NCBI GenBank assembly: GCA_951406725.2
Contig: OX597814.1
Location: 9,052,001-9,116,000, forward strand
DNA: 64,000 bases
From: Octopus vulgaris
Taxonomy: Eukaryota
Direction: 5' to 3'
Every line of letters begins with the position of its first letter. Position 1 is the first letter of the stretch. Shown piece after piece: positions 10,683 through 22,500 of the stretch. Under the pieces are notes generated by a model. It was not told the origin of the DNA, searched no databases, and saw only the letters and a program-made list of their open reading frames with translations. The position numbers and the translations under genes are program-made.

Positions 10683-12124
10683 GAAATACTGTCTGGATGG
10701 TCATTGATTCAAACTGAGACCCTCCACCATTTGCCTGGTTTCGGTTTTTGTCCTGCAGGGTGATCAAATACAAAGAAAAACATTCATCTCACAAAGTATC
10801 CACTGTGAGGTTGCTGGGTTTGTCCCTGATGGCCTGTCCTTCATGGATATTGACCAATTTCTGGCCTACTACCATGGCTGCACTGGTGGTGGTGGTGGTG
10901 GTGGTGGAGACACAAATGAACAATGCTGAGAGCAATGAGGGGAAGAACAAAAAAATATGTTTAAGGAAAAAAGCAGGGGGTTCATAAGGTGACCCGAGTA
11001 CTGCTGACACTGATGAAGTGGAGGGGACTGGATGATTATATTGGGGGTCAGGGTCAAATGGTGAACTCTGATACATCCACCATACAGAGGGCATGCCAAG
11101 AAATTTCAATACTGTTATCATCATTATTATTATTAATATTACTATTAAGACAAGACAAAGAGCACAATGCAATAGCCATAGATATTTTATTGGTTGAATG
11201 ATATTTCGACAGTAAGTCTATACTTGTTGAGTTCAAAATATTAAATTTGAAGTATGAACAAGAGCAACCAGCATCCACACATTGATGGAATGACATCATC
11301 AGTTTTTAAGCTCTAATTTTATAACAGGCAAAAAGAAAGAGACAGAAAAAAAAGGAAAAAAAAAGAAGAATATTTAATCAAACAGTTTTGTATAAATTTG
11401 ATGATATTCTCCTGTCATCTTATTCATTCCTTCAGGGCATGATGTTAGTAACCAGCAAACATATTTCTCCTCATGCGGGAATTTTAACCGTGTTTCATGG
11501 TCTGCTACCACAACAGCTCCTTTACAGACATCATCAGGAAGAACCACGTCCAGTTTCGGCCCCTACTCCTCTATTGTTTTGACGTGGCAGGGCACCCCCT
11601 TTCGGAGGCGTCTTCAGCTCTGGTGTTGGGTGTATGTCTCCTTTCTTCTGTTCCCTGGCCTCTTCGATGTAGCGTCAACAAGTATCAGCAGGTGACTGCC
11701 TGTCTTGCCAAATTTCCCTTTAAATACCTGCTGCTAGGCTCCAGTAGGCAGCCCCAGCAAGTTGGTAACTTCTATGCATTACTTTTGAAAGGCCAGCAAA
11801 ATTTCGGTGCCGGTTAATCACTAAAGGAATTCAATTGTAATGTGTTTGTTAAAATTAGGCATGAAGGTTTGACTATCTTTGCTAAGCTTAGCTATTTCAT
11901 TTGCTATTTCCTTTAATCGTGATTCTCTATAGCTGCAGTCGACATAATGATGTACAAAAGCATTTGCATGTTTCCAGTAATCCCCTATGTCAGTACAAAT
12001 GCTTAAAGACTGATGATGTCATTCCATCAATGTGTGGATGCTGGTTGTTCTCGTTCATACTTTAAACTTAAATTTCTATAATTCTGAATTTTTATCACTT
12101 CTTATTTTGAACTTGACAAAGACA

Positions 12125-13172
12125 GGATTACTGTATTGAAAGTGTTCTGCATAGGATGTGTGCAGTGCCTAGTTGTGCTATTTCCTCTACGTTATATATA
12201 CTTGTAAGTCCTGGTGTTTTTGTTATATACTTGTCTGAATTTTTTTTTATCATACCTAATGCACCTACTTTGATGGGAATTGTTTCTGTTTTTAGACTCC
12301 GTATTCCAGAGCTTTGTATTTTGAAAGTTTCTCCCTTTCTGTTAGAGAAACATTGTCATCTGCTGGTATTGATACAGCAATTAGAAAGCATTTTTTTCTT
12401 CATGATCTATGACAAATATATCCAGCATATAGGCTTTAATTTCTTTATTTGTGTGTATCGGCATATCCCAGAGTATGGTTGCTTTCTTGTTTTCTGTGAC
12501 CTTTTCTGGTGTGGGCCTATACCATCTTTTTTCTGTTGGTATTCCATAGTGTTGGCAGAGCTTCCAGTATATGTAGGTCCCAACTCTGTCGTGTCTGTGA
12601 ATATATTCCTTCTCAGTCAGGACTGGGCAGCCAGAGATAATATGATTTATTGTTTCTTGTCCATCTCCACATATTCTGCAGTTACTTGTTATGTTTCTCT
12701 TCATTATATGTTTTTGGTAATTTCTGGCGAGGAGGCTTTGGTCTTGTGCTGCAATTAAAAATCCCTCTGTCTCTACTTTGAGTTCTGAGCTTCTCAACCA
12801 TTGCTGGGATTTTTCTCTGTCTATTTCTTTTGCATTTAGTTTAGCCCAGTATTTGTCATGAAGGGGCTTTTCTTGCCATCGTTTTATCATGATCTGTTGC
12901 TGTTCTAGTTCTAGTTTGGATTTCAGTTGTTTCTTCTTCTTCTTTATAGTTGTCAGGTACTTTGACTTCTTGTTTGTATTTGTCAGCTTTCTTTAAGACT
13001 GAAAACAGTTTTTAGTTTTGTTCATGCTTTGTGGCTATTTGTATTAATTTTCCTTGCCTCTGATGTAGATATTTCTATAGTCCTATGGTGGTTATTTTGT
13101 AATAGTTTTCTAGCTGTATAAGGCCTTTACCACCTTCGATACATTGTATATATAGCCTATCTATGTCAGATT
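12125..13172 (-). mobile_element. R4/Dong-like non-LTR retrotransposon 3' half
   Basis: ORF 12381-12890 has ETEGFLIAAQDQSL, a CRICG..ETINHIISGC zinc knuckle, HRHDRV and ILWD (RLE); it abuts an (ATT)n tract. Confidence 0.85.
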
Positions 13173-13234
13173 TTATTATTATTATTATTATTATTATATT
13201 ATATTATCCTCATCATTATTATTATATTATTTTG

Positions 13235-15300
13235 AAAAGATTGATATAACTTCACAGACAGTCACAGAAATGCAAGAAGTCAATTAAACTACCCTGTGAT
13301 CCTTACCAAACAAAAAAGACTTCATCAGTGAACCGTGACCAGAGTATTGGTTGATGACCATGTAGGAATTTGAATGTCTTCAGTGACTGTGTCTCGAATT
13401 TCCTCATGAAGAGATTAGCAAAATTAGCTGCCATAGGGGTACCCATGGCATAAACCTTTATTGGGTGGTAAAATGTTTGTCCAAACATCATTGTGTTACT
13501 TTGTAACACAAGCTTTAACAGCCTACAGAGAAAATTTGAGGAAATACTTTTGTTTAGCTATTTTTCAAAGGCATCCATGCATAATTCTACCTCTGTATGG
13601 TGGTTAATATTGGGATATAAGAAAGAAACATTCATGATTACCAAAAAACAGCTTTCAACATTGCTTCAGTACCTAAAAAGGTTGTTTATTTCAGATGTAA
13701 AATCAAGTATCCTGAATATAGGAACTTGATCTTTTTGCAACAGGGAGTAGAAAGCCATCTAGCCACTTTGACATTTTGGTTGTGCAATAGACATGTGTGC
13801 AGCAAATTGGGTGCATTGGAGGAAATTTGTTGAACTTTTTGTGTATTTTAGGGAGACCATAAAATACAGGTGTTCCACTTTCTGACTGTAAAATCCTGGA
13901 TTTGGCCTTATTAATAAAATTATCTTCTTCCATTTACAGAATTATTTTGTCTGGAAAAGATCACAGAATAGTTTAATTAAATTCTTGCATTTCTGTGACT
14001 GTTATGCCAAAATCTATGGCTTTAGGTCCAACATAAAAATTTATGTCTAGTTTTTCAAAAACTAGCATTGATTATTTGGACACAAAAGTTAAGTTTTCTG
14101 GAGGTAGAATAGTGACAGAGTTACTTGGGAAGCCCATATCATCCTACATTTACCTCCACCACCGTTCCAATCATTCACATCATATTATTCAGTCAAATCC
14201 TAAATCCCAATTTTTGAGGATAAAACAGATTTGTACTGACAGAGAGGATTACTAGAAACGTGCAAATGCTTTTGTGCACCATAATGTCAAACGCAGTTAC
14301 AGTGAATCATGATTAAAGGAAATAGAAAATGCCATAGCTAAGATTAGCCAAGAAAGTAAAACCAAATTCACACATAATTTTAGCAAACACAATACAATTG
14401 ATGACAGAATTCCTTTAATGATTAACTGGAACTGAAATTTCACTGGCATTTCAAAAGTGTTGAATGAAAGTTACCAGCTTGTTGCAGTAAAATATCCTTG
14501 TTTCAAAACAAATATTTCCTCAGTCGCTCATTGTAGCTGTTAGACAGAATAAAAGTACAAGAGAATTATTAACCTCTACTTCTGACTCCAAGGAAACTAA
14601 CATTGGAGTTTTCTGCATGCTGTCACTTGAAAAACAGCCACAGGAGAGGTAAGCCCTGTTCCTTGTACAACAACATGAGTCAAGTGAATTCCATCCGGAA
14701 TCATATCAGAAATGTTATGATTTATACAGAAGGTGGGACATGTAGAGATTCCCGTTTGGTGTATGCAGCAGGATGCATGAAACACAACTTGGTTTATGTT
14801 CATTGCACAAAAGAACAATTAAACAAAAGATTTAATGGGCACAGATATGACATCAGGCACAATAACGGTAATTGGACAGAACTTACCAAACATTTTGCAT
14901 CAAATGGCTGCAATTTTGAAACAAACTTGAGAAAGTGCATATTCTCAGAAAATATTCTAAATCTGTTACACTTTCAATACTCAAAATGCATGAGGAGAAA
15001 TATGTTTGTGGGTTACAGGCATGTAGCCACGGGTGGGATGGAGTGGAGGCTATGGGATGTTTTGCACCCAAAACTAGAATTTCAGCCCCTTCAGTTTGAG
15101 AATTTGTTTTATTTAATCTTGGAGGAATGTATTATCTCAGCCTGGAAGTGTTTGTAGACAGTTGAAAATAATACTTTTAACAAAAGAACTTCCTCACATA
15201 CCTTTTGTGGACAATTTTATCAAATTTTAGACACTTTAGTGACAACAGGTTGCTTTCAACACCTTCAAAAGATCTGAGGTCGCTAAAGCGGCAATAAATT
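13235..15300. mobile_element. Second PLE (Neptune/Naiad-like), internally inverted
   Basis: Minus 13303-13933 is RT (FYGLPKIHK, SYIQDT, AMGTPMAANFANLF). Plus 14043-15000 is the RT thumb (YLDTKV, YLHHRSNH), a Cys-rich linker and GIY-YIG (LVYAAGC..VYV..LNKRFNGHR). Confidence 0.85.
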
Positions 15301-15479
15301 TAATTTCCTTTGATTTTAGTGGTAGGTGAAAACATGTGGGTGATTACAAACGCATATGTTGCGTGTGCACATGTGTGCACATGTGTGCATGCACATGTAC
15401 TGTAGAAGGGTCAGTGAAGTGGTTGTTGTTGCTGTAATCGTTATTGTTGTGGTGATTCTTGTTGTCACTTCTCAGTATT

Positions 15480-16975
15480 TTGTCCAGCTGTCTCACAATT
15501 CACCTGTGAAGAGCTGTCAAGTTTTTAAGCCCAAAGCCCTGAACCCCCTCTGGGCCAGGCACTTTTCAGTCAGCAATTTTCCTGTACTGATCTCTAATCA
15601 TCTCCTCAGATATTCTAAAATCCTCCTGCTTATACTCTCCACTCTCCTCTTTCAGTGTCTTTAGTTTCATGTTGTTTCTCCAGAGACCATATGTTTAACC
15701 AGAATCTTCTGATTTCCTCAGCATCCGGCATGGCTTTTTCACCTTTTTCTTTTTCCCATCCAGTTCCTAATAGGGTCGTTTCTGATTTTGTTCAAAGAAA
15801 AGTCTGTTCAATCTGTATTGCTCAATTCTCTGTTCATATCTTTTAAATTTATGTGCTTTAGCTTTCGACCCCTGTTTTAATTCCTCAATCACAACATAGA
15901 TTCCTTTTCTCTTCACCCTATACTTCCTCTCTAGCTCAACATATTTCTCTCACTGAACTTCATTTCTCTTTTTGCAGTAGTCTGTCCAAAACAGGCAGAA
16001 CTAGTCATTTCAGTTAGGGAAGAGAAGGAAATCAGCAAAAAAAGGGGCAACTGCTTAACAACAATGTATAAAATGCTAACGTCTGTCCTGACTGAATATA
16101 CCTATAGTTTTTTAGTAGAAAGAGGCATATTCCCTAATGAGCAAAAAGGATGTAAACGTGGGTCTTATGGTTGTAAAGATCAGATCAGATGCTCATCAAT
16201 AAGATGATCTTAGAAGATTATCACGAACGACACAAAAACTTGTCAATAGCCTGGATAGACTATATAAAAAGGTTTTTATAGCCTACCACATAGCTGGATT
16301 AAGAAATGTCTGGAAATGTATAAAATAGCACCTACTCTGCAAAACTTTTTGTCTGCTAGTATGAGATCATGGAGAACCACACTAACTTTGAACAGTAACG
16401 ATAAATCTCTTAATGTTGGAGATGTCAGAATTTCATGTGTCATTTTCCAAGGTGACTCTCTATCACCACTCCTCTTTCGTCTGGCCTTACTCTCTTGAAA
16501 TTGCTCAATGATGTACGGTACAGTTATAAAATGTTTGATAAAAATATAAATCATCTCTTTTACATGGATGATTTAAAGCTCTTTTCAAAAAATGACTACA
16601 GGGCTTACAAGCGATTATTAAACAATTCCAGTGATGACATCAGAATACAATTTGGCCTCCATAGATGTGCAAAAGCTACTTTTATCAAAGGAAAAATGAC
16701 AGAAACATCCAACGTTAACCACGACCAGCAGAATGTCATAAAGGAGTTAGAACCAATGGAGAGCTGCAGATTCCTAGGGGTATTTGTAGGTGATGCAATC
16801 AAACATTCAATGATGAGGGAAAACACCAGAAAAGATGCTATCACAAGGTAAGGGCAATACTCAAGACAGAGTTGAATACAAGAAACAGGATTGAAGCGAT
16901 AAATGCTTTAGCCATACTAATCATGACTTACAGTTTCAATATCGTTAACTGGTCAATTACTGAAATACGTAATAT
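15480..16975. mobile_element. R4/Dong-like RT fragments (minus 15480-15985, plus 16040-16975)
   Basis: IFQGDSLSPLLF and NHLFYMDDLKLF in ORFs 16316-16851. Confidence 0.8.
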
Positions 16976-17456
16976 GTGCTCTACAATTTCTCTATTGTAC
17001 CTCCTTGATCACACTTTAGCCTTTCAACACCTAGCATAACCCCTACATAACCCTTTTGGTTCCTCACTCCATTTAGTAGGAGTGTTTTTCCTTTTTTTTT
17101 GTCTTGGACATTACTTGGCAACCTCACTAGTAATGACGACAGGAAAATTGCCCCCAGTCCACTCTGTAAAGTGGTTGGCATTAGGAAGGGCAATAGAAAC
17201 CTTGCCAAAGCTGACCCTAGAGGTCAATGCTGCTCACCAGATCCTGTCAAACTATTCAATGCAAGCAAATATGGAAAATGAATGTTAAATGACGATGATG
17301 ATGATGGTTTTTAACATTGCTTTATATTAATCTAATGTGTTCACAGTAATTACATACAAATTGTCCAACCCATGCCAGCATGGACAACAGATATTAAGTG
17401 ATGACAATGATGATGTCTGTAAATGATTTCATGAAATAAAGAATATTTCTTCTAAC

Positions 17457-17654
17457 CTTTTTCCGATTCAAAAGTGATAATAACTTCCTCAGAATCTTGG
17501 ATCCGTTCTGGGATTCCTTTAATAGGTCCTCCACTTGATCTCTTCTTGTTCTCAAAATAAGACTGAATGGCTTCCAAACGGAAATCAGTTGGGACTCCTG
17601 ACACCAATATCGTTCTGCCCTCTTCATCTCCTCCCATACTCGTGGCAGATATTC
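17457..17654 (-). CDS. Gene B, first coding exon (probable ATG at 17637), RRM-like
   Basis: tattttacag acceptor and G|gttaga donor. Translates MGGDEEGRTILVSGVPTDFRLEAIQSYFENKKRSSGGPIKGIPERIQDSEEVIITFESEK. YFENxxRSSGG is the PARP10/PARP14 N-terminal RRM signature. Confidence 0.85.
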
Positions 17655-17978
17655 CTGTAAAATAAAACCAAGATTTAATGCTAAACAAATACAAGTTACT
17701 CACCATCAATGTAACAATACTGTGCTATCCACATCATAAACATCCACTTAACATGCCTGATGTAAACCTGAAATACATGTAGCCTTCAAACAGTCCAGAT
17801 ATGCTAGAAGTAACAGCCAAAGTTTTTCAAAAGTTCACCCAACTATTTTTAAAATAGACAGCTTACCACATGGAGTAAAGGCTGCAAAGACGTTCAGATA
17901 AGCAATCTCTTGATTCAACCTAGCAAAACCTAATTCCCCATTTTACATCATTCATATTTCACTCCTATAGCTCATTTA

Positions 17979-18364
<386 letters not shown>

Positions 18365-19479
18365 GCTCTCAAGCAACTCTGCCGTCCTGGGTCAACCTTG
18401 AGTGACTCCATCACAACCAAACCATTCTATAGGGGATTAGTGGAGGGGAGGTACGACGACGAGCTCGGGGCGAACCTGGACGTCGACGAGGAATACCTGA
18501 CCCACCTGTTCGGGACGACTTTCGGGCCAGGGCCCATGGACAACTTCCAGAGATCCCTGGCCTGGCAGTGCTACCGAGAAGCGCTACCTGTTCGGGATAA
18601 GCTCAACAGATACGGCTCGAGAAACACGGGCCGACCTGCCCAAGATGCGGTCAGAGCGACGAAACCGTTCTGCACGCACTCGTGCAGTGTCCAACAATTT
18701 CCGACCTGTGGGCTTATGTCAAACAACTACTGTCACGTGTGGGACGAGTCGGTTTATCAGCTGAGTCTATCGTCAATATTGTCACGCCTCCTTCCTTCAA
18801 ACGGGAAGGAAGAGCTATTTTCATCATCCTTGTGGCTATGGCAAAAGAATGTATCTGGTGGACGCGTCTGAAAGGATTGGAGACAAACACTTTCCTCTCT
18901 GGTCAACCTCTCATCAACTTCTTCAAGTACCACTTGAAAAGGAAAGTGAGAGTAGAGAGGCAAGTTTTGTCTAGCGAACATTTTAAAAAAAGATGGGTGA
19001 ATGTAGCAAGGATGGCACGTATGAATGACGAAGCCACCTTGAGCATAATCCTATGAACCCAGAAATTGAAAACAGAGGGTTACCCACTTGCAAACAAATG
19101 TGGTAACATATAACAATATTGACCAAGGTTACCGTGGTCTTTTTCGTAGGCTTTTCTTCCCACGGATAAACCTTACTTGCTTTCCCCTTTACGCCATATA
19201 TCATGACACTGTGATACACGATCCCTATTGATCGTTGTTTTTTTCCTCTTTTCTCTTCTTTTTTTCATTTTTCTTTTCTTTTTTTCCCTTTTTTCTTTTT
19301 TTCCTTTTCCTTTTTTCTTTCCTTTTTTTCTGCTTTACCTTTTTTTTCTTTTTTTCTTTTTTCCCTTTTATGATCCCTTTTGATCGAAAACCTACGCCAC
19401 CTTTTTTTTTTCTCCCCAAAAGAAAAGCTCTACCTTGTAACTTGTCCCATCTGTGTGCAGCCCTGTGTGGCCAATAAAG
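18365..19479 (+). mobile_element. 5'-truncated Tx1-type LINE
   Basis: ORFs 18398-19056 are homologous to the 24484-25146 end of the full-length copy. It ends CCCTGTGTGGCCAATAAAG directly into (ATCT)n. Confidence 0.9.

Positions 19480-19578
<99 letters not shown>
19480..19578 (+). repeat. (ATCT)n spacer between the two Tx1 copies
   Basis: Seen directly. Confidence 0.95.
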
Positions 19579-22500
19579 GGACGTGCTGTCACTTCGGCTC
19601 CGAAGGTAATCGTTTATTTTGACTATTTATAGCCCATATTTTGTGTACATTTTTGTAAATAAGGTGTGTAAGGCACCCAACTTTCGTTTGAGTGCTTTTC
19701 CAAGGGAGGAATTCGCCCCTAGGGGCAGTTTCAACCCTATTTAATTTGTGTAATTTTCTTCTTGACATTGAAAATGTCGAGAAATTTTATTGTAGAATGC
19801 TGGTCGCGTTCTTTTATGGATCAGCATTTCCTAGTCTGGAAACGCTAGGAGAAAAAAGAACGTATGCACGCAAAGTGCAAACCTGAATGACGTGGTAGTG
19901 AACGCTGCAACCACTTGCAGTAACAGCCCTGTCACCACCACCACCACCACTAACAACAACAACAACAGGACTACTACTGCTACCACCTCCACCTCCACCA
20001 CCACCACCACGACCAACATAAATGATTAAAATGAAACTCACGCGAATACTATTAAGAAAAACAACAACAAGAACAACAATAAAAATGAACTATCTAATAG
20101 TGAAGATGTTAATATTAAAACAACACCACCAGTAAATTTCGCTGACACTCTGCGTCAGAAGAAAGAAATAGTAACATTTACAAATGAAGAGCTAATAGAA
20201 ACGAGAGCTCTCTTTACAACCCGTGGGCAAGATTTAGTGCTGCATACACCTCAACACATAAAGGAACAAATAGAAAATAAGACAATTATATATAAAATTA
20301 TAAGAAAAAACAAAAAACAAAATGAACAGATTACAAAAACGGATATAGAAAAATGTTTAAAAAACATAATGAAAAATAAAGAATATATAAACTGGGGTCC
20401 CCAGTTTAACACAGTAGTGGTCCGCTTCCCTAACCAGGAAGTGGCAAAAGCTCACTCTACCGAGTCTTTCGAAAATGATGATATCAAAATGGTACCTTAT
20501 TTCAAAGGCCAGAGAGTGAGTAGAATTACTATTAAAAATGTACCCCTGAGATCCCGAACAAATGGATAACAGGGGCAATCTGTTACCATTTGAAAAAGAT
20601 CAATATTTTAGAAACCGCCGTGTACCTAAACGACAATTGGGGTGGAAAAACAATAGTAGTGACCATCCAGATTGAGGGGGCCTCTATCGAGAACCTACCC
20701 GATAGGATCCACCTAGAAAATGGGCAAAGCCTATATGTTGTGGCAGAAGGCAAAACACCTAGATGCTACAACTGTGGCAGCCCAGAGCATTTAATTGCCA
20801 AGTGCGCTCTGGCACAGAAAAAAACAAGAAAGAACAAATCAGTAAACAAATAAAAAACCCTTGTTGCCAACACCAACACCAACACACTCAATTGTGGAAC
20901 AATGCCAAGAAGAAAAACAACAAACCAGCAAACAAACCCCAACAACATCACCAAGAAAAGAAACAGTACCAACAAAATCACCGTTGACGACGCAACCAAT
21001 TCATCATGCTGAACCAAAAGATAGACCCACACCAACACCCAGGACGACAATTAAAAAGACAGAAAACAGTGACGAGAAGACAAATTCTACCCCTAACACC
21101 ATAACAACACAAACACCGCACAAAACATCAACAATTTCTACAAGCATACATATTAACACAAATGCTTTGCCTTTACCCCCTTCTGATACGTCGGACGCCG
21201 AAAGTTCGACGGAATGGCAAATAGCCACAGGGGGTAAAAGGAAAAGATCAAAAAAGCCCACCAAACAAGGAAGTAAAGCAGGGAGATATTTAACTCCGGA
21301 TAGTATCCCCTTAGACAATCAAAAAATCAATGAACCCGCAAAACCACACACACAACTAACTGCAATAGACACGGACAATAAAAAATTAATGGATTACATT
21401 GTATCCAACACGGACATCTGTGAAGATGACTTTTAGACAAACAATCATCCGCGCACCACACCACCGAAGCACATAAAAATTGTACACATAACGCAAACAC
21501 AACACCATACACTGAAAACAATATTTCCAAATGCGGTAGGCGGGTTTCAATGATACCTCTCCAAAAAACTATACAAACACCTCCTCAAAGACACTAAAAA
21601 AGAAGAAGAAAAAACTGAAACTTTCGAAATGAGTAAGCGACCTTCCCTCTTGCCTCTTGTCTCTTCCAATGTTTGTGTGTGAAACACAATTTTCGTAAAC
21701 GTCAATTATGCTTAAATTAGGTTGTGTGAATGCGCGTGGCTTGGCGTCGGCTTGGAAGCAAGGTTACCTTCAAAACGACATCAAGTCACTGAACGTGGAT
21801 ATAGTAGCTATCAGTGAAACCAGACTCAGCAAGCCGCGGGCCCTCGCATCCATGTTTGGCAATCAATTTGACATTTATTTTTCTCCCTGTCTACCGAACA
21901 TGGGTGGTGGAGGTACCGCGGTGCTTTTTCGAATGAGTCTAAATGTAAAAGTAAGAGCAATATTCCTAGACCCGGAGGGTAGGCTGGTTGTCTTGGACGT
22001 GGATGGCAGAAATGGTTGTGCATTCCATCTGATGGCAGTTTATGCACCGTCCTTAACGGGTCGGGCGGATTTCTTCAGACGTCTAGAGGTTTTCCTGGGT
22101 ATATCTAGACCTTTACTGTTAGTAGGGGATTGGAACACTACCTTGGACACGCATCTAGATTATGTGGGAATGGATAAGAATAGAAGGGGGTGTAAGTGCC
22201 TCAAAGACCTACTCAGACGTTTCCATTTGTCTGACAGGTTCCGACTCGACCATCCAAACGTGCCAATGTGGACTTGGACAAACCGCATCGGATCGTCGAG
22301 ATCTTATCTAGATAGAATTCTATGCAGGACAGCGGATAGGGATAGTGTAGGATGTCCACAATTTAAAATAGTCAGCTACACAGATCACAAATTTGTGACG
22401 TGTACGCTCGACTTAGATAAAACACATAGGCAGGGTCCCGGTTACTGGAAACTGAACACGTCGCTCTTAGCGCGACAGGTTTACAGGAACCGGATTAGCG

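Noticed and set aside
11008-11100. Hammerhead ribozyme (CTGATGA-A-GTGGA...TCCAC)
   Set aside because: GAAA is absent (CATAC follows) and there is no stem I pairing; too degenerate to support.
15255-15295. Hammerhead or SECIS at the end of the second PLE
   Set aside because: Only a weak GATC/GGTC stem is present; the core motifs do not match.
19225-19477. Lys-rich and Phe-rich ORFs
   Set aside because: These are translations of the T-rich Tx1 3' UTR.
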